From NCBI GenBank assembly GCA_038228295.1, contig JBBRPH010000001.1:129205-193204 (forward strand): a stretch of DNA of 64,000 nt, written 5' to 3'. Position 1 is the stretch's first letter. Each line of letters starts with the position of its first letter. Positions 56,349 through 64,000 of this stretch are shown in pieces. The position numbers and the translations under genes are program-made. Source of the stretch: Chloroflexia bacterium (GTDB lineage Bacteria > Chloroflexota > Chloroflexia > QHBQ01 > JAICKM01). The notes under the pieces are model-generated. The model had not been told where the DNA came from, did not search any database, and saw only the letters and a program-made list of their open reading frames with translations.

Positions 56349-59243
56349 CTATGGTGCGACCTGTTGCAAGCAGCGCAAGGCTGCTTCCACTTGTGCCTGC
56401 TCGCGGCCGTAGGTGGCCCAGTCACTGATCTTAAGCGCATCTTGCGCGCGCTGGTAGTGATCGAGGGCCGCACTGCTCAAGCTGCGCGTATCGCCTACGC
56501 AGGCGGCCGCCGTTCCAGAGGGCAGCCCCGGCGTGAGGAGGGCTGGGGTGCCGGGCGGCAGTGTCCCGCCCGCGCTAGGGGTGCCGGCGCCCGCCGGCGT
56601 GATCGGCGGTGGGTTTTGCGCCTGCGCGCCGAACATCGCCGCCAACGCCGCCGTCAAGTTGTCACCCATACCCACCTGCCCACCAGCCGAGGCAATTACC
56701 CGTTTGAGCGCGGGCAGTGGGCTGTTGGTGGCCTGCAAAAACAGCGGTTGCACCGACAGCACCGAGCCACCCAGTGGCAGTACAAGCAAGTTGCCCAACA
56801 GCACATGGCTGCCGCTCTGGTTCCAGAGCGTCAATTGGCTCGAAATCTGCGGATCCTGGTTGATAAACGAGTTGATCTGCTGCGGCCCATAGACCACCGT
56901 GTTCGAGGGGAAGCGGATCACATCCACCCGCCCATAATCAGGCGCATCGCCGCGCGCTGCCATCCAGGCGATCATATTGGGCTTGGAGGCGGGCGTGTAG
57001 GGGACCATCAGCATGAACTGGAGACCCTTGTCGCCGGGCAAGCGCATCATCGTGTAATAGGCTTCCAGCGGCACATTCGTGGGCGCATCCGAGCCGCCGC
57101 TGGTGTTACCAAACGGGACGTGCCAGGCATCACCCCGGTTGTAGAACACCGACGGATCGGTCATGTGAAACAGGCCGTATTGTTGGGCCTGGATATTGAA
57201 CAGCCCTTCCGGATAGCGTAGGTGGACCTGCAACGCGGGCGGCAGCGCGCTACCGTCCTTAAACAGCGTCGGAAAGATGCGCCGGTAGGTAGCGATCACC
57301 GGGTCTTTGGCATCCACCACATAGTAGTCCATCGCGCCGGTGTACGCATCAATGACCACTTTGACCGAATTGCGGATGTAGTTGATAGACGAATCGCCTT
57401 GATCATAGGGGCTGGAGTTCGGATAGCGATCGCTGGTGGTGTAGGCATCCTGGATCCAGTATAGCTTACCGCCGGCGACCACAATATACGGGTCTTTATC
57501 ATAGGTGAGGAACGGCGCGACGCGCTGCACGGCCTCATGGATGTCACGGTGCAGCAGCACACGACTATCGGATTGGATATATTCGGAGATCAGGAAGGTA
57601 AAGTCGCCGAAATAGCTGGCAAGTTGTAGGCGATTGCTGAAGCCCCCGATCCGCACGCCGCCGGTGCCGGTATAGGTCGTGGTCGCGTCTCCGCTGCCCG
57701 ATGGGTAATCGAACTCTTTGGCCGTAGTATTGACTACGGCATAGTTATCTTCGGCCTCGCCGAAATAAATCTGCGGGCGGGTGACGGCCAGCGCAGGGTC
57801 TTCGCTCACCACCGGCAGGTCGTGAACCAGGAAGTGTGGCTGGCCGGCGTTCTCGATCTGATTAACCGGGCTGGCGACCACGCCGTAGCCGTGCGTATAA
57901 ACCAGGTGCTGGTTGACCCAACTGCGGGCCTGGCTGGGCAGCGCGTTGCTGTTCAGTTCGCGGGCCGAGATCATCACTTGTTGTTCGCCTCCGGCCAGCT
58001 TATAACGATCCAAATCGACCCCGTTAAAGACATAGTAAGTACGCAGCGACTGCAACTGGCTGTAGGTGTCACGCAGCGGACGGTAGTCCCACAGGCGGAT
58101 GCTGTTCACCAGATCATTGTTGGTCTGCACATCAGTCGGCGAGAGCTGGGCCGCCACCGGGGCGGGCCGCTCCTGGAAGCGGTCGAGGCCAAAAGCGGCG
58201 CGGGTCGCTTGGATGTTGTTGGTGATGTAGGGCGCTTCTTTGTCCTGTTCAGCGGGTGTGACGACAAAGCTCTGCACGAGACCCGGATAGACTCCACCGA
58301 TCACCACTTGGGCCACGATCCAGACCCCAACCCCCACTGCCAGCGGCAACAAGGCCCGCCGCCGTAGATTGACTAGCAGCAGCAACCCGATACCCAGCGT
58401 GACCACAGCCAAAATGCGGAGGGCTGCCAACCGGGCATTGACATCGGTATACGACGCGCCGTAGAGCGCCTTGTGGTCGGAGAATAGCAGATCATAGGTT
58501 TGGAACCAGTAGCCCACTGCTGTCAGGATCAAGAAAGCCACACCCAGCGCGGTGCCGTGCGCGACCATACGCGGGTCGGGCGCAAACCGGCCGCCGGCAC
58601 CGAGCAGGCTCGGTCGGGTGGCATAGATCAAGCCCGCGCCAATCGCCGCGACAACGATCAGCCCGATGCCCCAGCCGCGCAAGAATTCGTAAAACGGCAA
58701 TTCAAAGACGTAAAAGCCGATGTCTTGCCCGAACACCGCATCGCTGCTACCGAATCCGGTATGATTAAAGTAGGTGAGGATTTTGCTCCACTCACCGCCG
58801 GCGGCAAAGGCGAGCAGCAGCGCAGCTACACCGATGCCCACCAGGATACCCAGCCGCAGCATATTCGCTGAGATGGGCAGTTGTTGCCCGGCGAACAAAT
58901 CGCGCGGCACAGCAACGCGGCGGGCGATCAGCCAGTTGACGGCCAGGAACGCCGCCGCGATCACAAAGCCCACGGCAAAGGTGCCGATAGCGGCGCTGAT
59001 ACGCGTGCCGAAGACGCTTTGGAAGCCCAGGCTGCCAAACCATTGCCAGTCTACCGACATTTCGAGCAGCACCGGCCCCAGCAGGAACAACAGCACCACC
59101 AGCCCGATCAGGCCGGCGCAGCCGCCGGGAAAGCCGCCGTTGCGCCCGGCGGGTGGCGCGGGCGGGCGGCGTGCTCCGCGCGTACGGGCCTGCACGCGCG
59201 CATCGGGGTCAAAATCACTAATTGGTGTTGGTTGGCGGCTCAT
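56349..59243 (-). CDS. UPF0182-family large membrane protein
   Basis: N-terminal multi-TM region with WQWFGSLGF motif followed by about 700-aa extracytoplasmic domain; start at Met 59243 (ORF-track start 59333 rejected). Confidence 0.8.
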   Translation of the reverse strand: MSRQPTPISDFDPDARVQARTRGARRPPAPPAGRNGGFPGGCAGLIGLVVLLFLLGPVLLEMSVDWQWFGSLGFQSVFGTRISAAIGTFAVGFVIAAAFLAVNWLIARRVAVPRDLFAGQQLPISANMLRLGILVGIGVAALLLAFAAGGEWSKILTYFNHTGFGSSDAVFGQDIGFYVFELPFYEFLRGWGIGLIVVAAIGAGLIYATRPSLLGAGGRFAPDPRMVAHGTALGVAFLILTAVGYWFQTYDLLFSDHKALYGASYTDVNARLAALRILAVVTLGIGLLLLVNLRRRALLPLAVGVGVWIVAQVVIGGVYPGLVQSFVVTPAEQDKEAPYITNNIQATRAAFGLDRFQERPAPVAAQLSPTDVQTNNDLVNSIRLWDYRPLRDTYSQLQSLRTYYVFNGVDLDRYKLAGGEQQVMISARELNSNALPSQARSWVNQHLVYTHGYGVVASPVNQIENAGQPHFLVHDLPVVSEDPALAVTRPQIYFGEAEDNYAVVNTTAKEFDYPSGSGDATTTYTGTGGVRIGGFSNRLQLASYFGDFTFLISEYIQSDSRVLLHRDIHEAVQRVAPFLTYDKDPYIVVAGGKLYWIQDAYTTSDRYPNSSPYDQGDSSINYIRNSVKVVIDAYTGAMDYYVVDAKDPVIATYRRIFPTLFKDGSALPPALQVHLRYPEGLFNIQAQQYGLFHMTDPSVFYNRGDAWHVPFGNTSGGSDAPTNVPLEAYYTMMRLPGDKGLQFMLMVPYTPASKPNMIAWMAARGDAPDYGRVDVIRFPSNTVVYGPQQINSFINQDPQISSQLTLWNQSGSHVLLGNLLVLPLGGSVLSVQPLFLQATNSPLPALKRVIASAGGQVGMGDNLTAALAAMFGAQAQNPPPITPAGAGTPSAGGTLPPGTPALLTPGLPSGTAAACVGDTRSLSSAALDHYQRAQDALKISDWATYGREQAQVEAALRCLQQVAP

Positions 59244-60010
59244 GGTTGCGAATCCTCTCCCAGCAAAGTAGCGAGTTCGGTAGCGGTGACAAGCGGGTGC
59301 AGCCCGCGTAAATGGGCCCGCAAGTGCATACACGCTTGGCCGGGTTGCTCACGCAGCCGATCAGCGGCGGCCAGCGCGGCGGGTGGTGCCCAACGCGCCG
59401 TCAATTCCCACACACGCAGATCAAAGCCGGGCGTGGGCGGCGGGTTGAAGCGCGAGCGGGGGCGCGTCGGGCCGCGTGGCGGTCGCCAATCAGCGGCCGG
59501 CTCCGCCGCCCCAGCAATCACAATCAGTGCCCGTTCAAGCTCGGCCAGTGCCGCCGGGGTAGCGGCGATCAGAAAGCGTTTGTGCTGACCTAGCCCCAGG
59601 CGCATCTGCTGCATGGTCAGCGGTCCGCGCGCCAGCAGTAGTTCGACCAGAGCTTTAGCAGTGATACCGTAGAGTCCACGGCTATAAGCCGGTAACGGAT
59701 CGCTGCCCGGCCCACGCGCAAACGCGGCCACAAACACCGGCAGACTGGTCAGGCAAGCCGCTCCCCAGCCCGGCACCACCTGCCCGACGAAAAAGTGCCG
59801 CATCGCCACCGCCACCCCTACCCAGCTATGCACCGCCGCCAGTGTCACGCCGGGGGCCAGTACGTCAGGCAGGCTCGGCCAGGGTGCGGGCGCGCTCACC
59901 GGCAGCAGGCCCAGCGCCGTCACGCAATCCACCAGATCCATTGCCGTGGCAACCCGACCCCGCCACACGGTCGCCGTATCGCTGTCGCTCTCCATATCCA
60001 TCGTCTGCAT
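59240..60010 (-). CDS. Hypothetical protein (256 aa), translationally coupled to UPF0182 gene
   Basis: ATGA overlap at 59240-59243; no recognisable domain. Confidence 0.5.
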   Translation of the reverse strand: MQTMDMESDSDTATVWRGRVATAMDLVDCVTALGLLPVSAPAPWPSLPDVLAPGVTLAAVHSWVGVAVAMRHFFVGQVVPGWGAACLTSLPVFVAAFARGPGSDPLPAYSRGLYGITAKALVELLLARGPLTMQQMRLGLGQHKRFLIAATPAALAELERALIVIAGAAEPAADWRPPRGPTRPRSRFNPPPTPGFDLRVWELTARWAPPAALAAADRLREQPGQACMHLRAHLRGLHPLVTATELATLLGEDSQP

Positions 60011-60288
60011 TATATACGCAAGCGGGGCCGGCTGGGTAGCAATCGTTTGTGATTCTTGCAGGACGCAGAGAGCCGGCCAGAATGACTAACAGTTACCGAC
60101 AATGCAGTTGCTGTATTGTCGGTAGCTGCAACTACCCTATTCTGACAAACGTGGGTATGTAAACTCAGTAAATCGGCTATAATAGGATTAATCCTGTGAC
60201 GGATGTACTAGCGCAGCCCGACCGTATGCGACGCGACGGCTAAGCGGGTTTATGGACTGACTCAACTCAATAGGAGGGGAAAATAAGC

Positions 60289-63264
60289 ATGAAACGAATC
60301 GCACTGTTAGTTTGCCTCTGCATCGTGGTGTTCGGCGGGGTTGCGGCCCGCGCGGCCCAGCAAGAGGCCGGAACGTGGTCCCCGCCGGCGCGACCGGCGC
60401 TGAAAGGCGGCCCGCTGGAAAACGGCCCCGCCGTGGTGCCCGTTCCGCTCCTCACCGGCCCAGCTAGCCGCCCCCACGTCAACGACCCCCATTGGGCGGC
60501 TAATGTGCGGGCGAACACCGACGCCACGACCTATGCCCAGCAAGAGCCGGCTATTGCCGTTAATCCGTTGAACCACCTCAACATTGTGGCCGCGCAAAAG
60601 GACGAGCGGCGTGCGCCCGCTCCGGCCACCGCCACCAAAGAAGTGTGGATCGAAACCTCCACCGACGGTGGGCAGACCTGGCCGGTAAATATCGCAATCC
60701 CGATGCCGGATAACACCCTGCCGCAGCAGAGCGATGCCGTAGTCACCTTCAGTGACAACAACATGGTATTTGTGACGATCATCGGTTACAACCAGGGTGG
60801 TGGGACTGCAGGCGAGAGCGTGCTGGTGGCGCGCTCCACCGACGGCGGCCTGACCTGGCCCACCCCGGCGGTGAATATAGATCCCGGCTTAGGCGGCTCC
60901 GACAAGGAATGGACGGCCATTGACCTCAATCCGGCCAGCCCGTTCTATCATCGCCTCTACGTTACCTGGACCAACTTCGCCGCCGGTCCGCAGTTCGTCG
61001 AGAAATGGTCCAGCGACAACGGCGTAACCTGGAACCCGCAGCCCGGCAGCAACTATACCACCGTGAGCTTCGGTAGCTACGACACCGGGCAATTTTCCAT
61101 GCCGGTTGTGCTGCCCAACGGCAATGTGATCGCGACCTGGAATCCGGGCGGACTGCTGGCGGTCGGGAAATCCACCGACGGCGGGCAGAGTTTCATCAAC
61201 CCGAACACCACCGCCGTCAGCCTCACCCAAGTAAACGCAGTACCCGGCTCTAACTGGCGCTTAAACACGATTCCATCCACTGCCGCGAGCGTAAGCGGCA
61301 CGCTCGTCAGCGTGTGGGCCGATGGGCGCAACGGCAAAGACGATATCTACACTACCCACTCCACCGACGGTGGCACCACATGGAGCGCCGCTATCCGCGT
61401 CGCCCATAACGCGGCGGGTTCCAGCTATCAAGTCGAACCCTGGATCTCAGTCGCACCCAACGGCCGCTTTGATGTGATCTGGTATGACGATCGCAACAAT
61501 ATTGCCACCCCCAATACGTTTGACATTTTCGCCAGCCATTCGACCGACGGCGGGGCGACGTGGAGCGGTCCCGATGAGCAGGTCACGGATGCCTCGACCA
61601 ACCTAAACCTCGGCATCCCCGCCGGACCCGGCTGGAATGCGGCGGCCGGCGACTATATCGGCGTAGCCTCGGTGAACGATGCTGCGTATGGTGCCTGGAC
61701 TGACACACGCAGCGGTACCAACGAGGACATCTACACCTCGCGCTACACGCCGCCCGCCGTGGGCACGGCGACCCCGACCCCGACGGGCACCCTACCGACC
61801 GCCACGCGCACGAGTACCGCAACGCAGACGGCGACTACGACGCAGACTGCCACGGCGACGGCGACGCCGAATCCGTGTCTAGTGTATGCCATCGCTGCGA
61901 TCACGGCCACGATTGTGCCCGGCACCACCGACGTCGGCAATCACTGCGACGATTGCAGCACCACGATCCCGCTGCCCTTCCCGGTGACGCTGTATAACCA
62001 AACCTATACCAGCGCCAGCGTGAGTTCTAACGGCCAACTCAACTTCGGTGCGCCCGATTCCGGCTTCAGCAATACCTGCTTGCCCGACGCGGCCACCACC
62101 TACACCATCTTCCCCTACTGGGATGATCAACTCACCGATGCCGCCGGCAGCGGCATTTTCACCGCTACGGTCGGCAGCAACTTCTATATTGAGTGGCGCA
62201 CAACGCTGTTCAGCGGTGGTACGCCGGAGAACTATGAAGTGGTGCTGACGCAAGGTAGCCCCAACTTCCGAGTGGTCTACGGCGCGGGCATCACTGATTC
62301 GGCCAGCGAGACCATCGGGGTGCAGGATGCCGGGCTTAACCCGTTCACGCAGTACAAATGTAACACCACGGGGGGGCCGGTCACGCCGGGCTTGGCGCTG
62401 AACTTCAGCGTGAACTGCGGCACGGCCACGGCGACCACCACCCCGCCGACCAGCACGGCGACACGCACAAGCACCGCCGGCCCGACGGCCACCTTCACGG
62501 CCACCAACCCGGCAGGCACGGCGACTATGACTGCGACACAGACCGCTATGCCGGTGAATACCGGCACCGCGACGGTCATGCCGAGCACCGGCACCGCGAC
62601 GGTGCTGCCGAGCGCTACGACCACCGTCGGTCCGAGCGCGACACCCTGCACGGTCCACTTCAGCGACGTGACCGACCCGAGCGCCTACTACTATACCGGC
62701 GTGTACTATCTTGCTTGCCACGGCGTGATCAGCGGCTACGCCGACGGCACGTTCAAGCCGTTCAACAACACGACGCGGGCCCAGATGACCAAGATCGTGA
62801 CCCTGGCCTTCAACCTTGCGCTGGTGACCCCGCCCGCGACGGGTACCTTCGCCGACGTGGCCCCCGGCAACGTGTTCTATCAGTTGATCGAGACGGCGGC
62901 GGCGCGCGGCATCGTGTCGGGCTACACCTGCGGCGGCATTGACCCGCAGACCGGCCAAAGCGAACCCTGCGACAGCGGCCGGCGGCCCTACTTCCGCCCG
63001 TCGGACTTTGTGACGCGCGGGCAGTTGGCGAAGATCGTGGTGATCGGGGCGGGCTTCGCGCTGCGCAATCCGCCGACCCCGACCTTCACCGATGTCGCGA
63101 CCAGCAACGTCTTCTATCCGTTCATCGAGACCGCCGTCTGCCACGGCATCATCAGCGGCTATAGCGACAACACGTTCCGGCCGAACAACTATGCCTTCCG
63201 TGGCCAGATCGCCAAGATCGTCTATCTGGCGGTGACTAATAGCCCGCAGAGTTGCGCGCCGTAG
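60289..63264 (+). CDS. Cell-surface protein: signal peptide, BNR/Asp-box repeat (sialidase-like beta-propeller) domain, Thr/Pro-rich linkers, three C-terminal SLH domains
   Basis: five S/TxDGGxTW Asp-box repeats; TPTPT linkers; three SLH motifs (FxDV...YY...GxxxGY). Confidence 0.85.
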   Translation: MKRIALLVCLCIVVFGGVAARAAQQEAGTWSPPARPALKGGPLENGPAVVPVPLLTGPASRPHVNDPHWAANVRANTDATTYAQQEPAIAVNPLNHLNIVAAQKDERRAPAPATATKEVWIETSTDGGQTWPVNIAIPMPDNTLPQQSDAVVTFSDNNMVFVTIIGYNQGGGTAGESVLVARSTDGGLTWPTPAVNIDPGLGGSDKEWTAIDLNPASPFYHRLYVTWTNFAAGPQFVEKWSSDNGVTWNPQPGSNYTTVSFGSYDTGQFSMPVVLPNGNVIATWNPGGLLAVGKSTDGGQSFINPNTTAVSLTQVNAVPGSNWRLNTIPSTAASVSGTLVSVWADGRNGKDDIYTTHSTDGGTTWSAAIRVAHNAAGSSYQVEPWISVAPNGRFDVIWYDDRNNIATPNTFDIFASHSTDGGATWSGPDEQVTDASTNLNLGIPAGPGWNAAAGDYIGVASVNDAAYGAWTDTRSGTNEDIYTSRYTPPAVGTATPTPTGTLPTATRTSTATQTATTTQTATATATPNPCLVYAIAAITATIVPGTTDVGNHCDDCSTTIPLPFPVTLYNQTYTSASVSSNGQLNFGAPDSGFSNTCLPDAATTYTIFPYWDDQLTDAAGSGIFTATVGSNFYIEWRTTLFSGGTPENYEVVLTQGSPNFRVVYGAGITDSASETIGVQDAGLNPFTQYKCNTTGGPVTPGLALNFSVNCGTATATTTPPTSTATRTSTAGPTATFTATNPAGTATMTATQTAMPVNTGTATVMPSTGTATVLPSATTTVGPSATPCTVHFSDVTDPSAYYYTGVYYLACHGVISGYADGTFKPFNNTTRAQMTKIVTLAFNLALVTPPATGTFADVAPGNVFYQLIETAAARGIVSGYTCGGIDPQTGQSEPCDSGRRPYFRPSDFVTRGQLAKIVVIGAGFALRNPPTPTFTDVATSNVFYPFIETAVCHGIISGYSDNTFRPNNYAFRGQIAKIVYLAVTNSPQSCAP

Positions 63265-63294
63265 GCGGCCATTGCCTGCGCTAAGTTTATCCGC

Positions 63295-63328
63295 CGGGGC
63301 GGGATCATCCTGAGATGATCCCGCCCCG
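63295..63328 (+). terminator. Intrinsic terminator hairpin (14-bp stem cggggcgggatcat/atgatcccgccccg, loop cctgag)
   Basis: perfect hairpin 30 nt after stop of SLH protein gene, followed by T-rich tgtatat. Confidence 0.7.
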
Positions 63329-63487
63329 TGTATATCCAAACCCACGTGGCAGGGTTTGTGCTAAGTTAGCTAGGGCTACGATAGCGACGGCGCTTCAATC
63401 GCATTGCAGCAGGGAGTGGACTCTGCATGGGCGTGTCGTCCGTAGTTACCAGGTGTAAACCCGCTATAGCGCGCTGGGGGAATCCGC

Positions 63488-64000
63488 ATGACTGAACCGG
63501 CTCCGCACGCAGAACGTACCCCGTCTGTCGAGCATATATCGGCGCTAAAGCCAAGTAGCCCCGCGCTGGCGCTGCCGCCGACCAGCTTTGTCGGTCGTGA
63601 AGGCGCTATAGCCCAAGCGCGGCAATTGCTGACCACTACCCGCCTACTCACTCTCACCGGTCCCCCCGGCATCGGCAAGAGTCGCCTAGCGCTGCATCTG
63701 GCAGTCGAAGCCGCCGCTACCTTCCCCGATGGTCTGTGGCTGGTTGACTTCGCCGCCCTGAGCGATCCGCGCCTTGTCACCCAGCAAGTAGCGGCGACCC
63801 TGGCGGTACACGAAGAGGTTGTGTTAGGCGAAGCATTGGGCGCAGCCGATCCTGATCCCCGCCGCAGTACACACGAACCGCTAGTCCAACCGCTCCTACA
63901 TGCACTGATCAGCTACTTGGCGCCCAAACAGGCGCTGCTGGTGCTCGATAACTGCGAACATTTACTCGCCGCCTGCGCGCAGCTTGTCGAGGCGTTGCTG
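63488..64000 (+). CDS. N-terminal part of a STAND-type (NB-ARC/AAA) ATPase regulator; continues beyond window
   Basis: FVGREGAIAQARQLL...LTLTGPPGIGKSRLALHLA Walker A region typical of AfsR/MalT-like regulators; open frame to window end. Confidence 0.5.
   Translation, partial: MTEPAPHAERTPSVEHISALKPSSPALALPPTSFVGREGAIAQARQLLTTTRLLTLTGPPGIGKSRLALHLAVEAAATFPDGLWLVDFAALSDPRLVTQQVAATLAVHEEVVLGEALGAADPDPRRSTHEPLVQPLLHALISYLAPKQALLVLDNCEHLLAACAQLVEALL

Noticed and set aside
55725-57221. 498-aa plus-strand ORF spanning the PIG-V-like and UPF0182 genes
   Set aside because: Extremely Arg/Pro/Ala-rich. It crosses a gene boundary on the opposite strand, which makes it a GC-driven spurious ORF.
61879-63345. 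488-aa minus-strand ORF antisense to SLH/BNR protein gene
   Set aside because: Arg/Gly-rich antisense artefact. The plus frame carries clear Asp-box and SLH motifs.

Overview
This is a 64 kb high-GC (about 65-68%) bacterial chromosomal segment with no rRNA or CRISPR arrays, and I found no tRNA by eye. It carries no transposase or integrase genes. The gene content, which includes SLH-domain surface proteins, UPF0182, many HisKA_3 kinases, a DUF4388 protein with an MglA-like GTPase and Roadblock, and an LPXTG-like signal, suggests a Chloroflexota-like organism, though this phylum call is a guess. An actinobacterial or Deinococcus-like origin is not excluded. I count about 55 coding genes with dense, partly overlapping coding. 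In order they are: (i) a MoxR AAA+ operon with DUF4350, DUF4129 and two paralogous polytopic membrane proteins. (ii) An envelope operon of uncharacterised proteins (a secreted protein, DUF2085, a membrane protein, DUF4126, and a lipoprotein metallophosphoesterase). (iii) A DUF4331 (HREAP motif) protein, a TPR protein and an RcnA-type Ni/Co permease fusion, with a cupredoxin nearby. (iv) Housekeeping genes: mutM, a HIT protein, a sulfite-oxidase-like molybdoenzyme with an apparent frameshift, a NAPRTase-family enzyme, an ABC-2 exporter, a class-V aminotransferase, mnmA and DUF1385. (v) A signalling-rich stretch with five sensor kinases (three with HisKA_3), two response regulators and a DUF4388/small GTPase/Roadblock operon. 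(vi) A membrane-anchored multicopper oxidase with an operator-like palindrome and a His/Gly-rich disordered protein. (vii) A LacI-regulated sugar ABC plus GH42 beta-galactosidase locus. (viii) A PIG-V-like glycosyltransferase, UPF0182 and a hypothetical protein in one operon. (ix) A 991-aa BNR-repeat, SLH-anchored surface protein. (x) The start of a STAND-type NTPase regulator. The non-coding space is unusually structured: nested hairpin elements, a long inverted-repeat element, several perfect palindromes, and recurrent heptanucleotide tandem repeats. No single obviously novel system stands out; the most promising uncharacterised modules are listed in the findings with explicit uncertainty.
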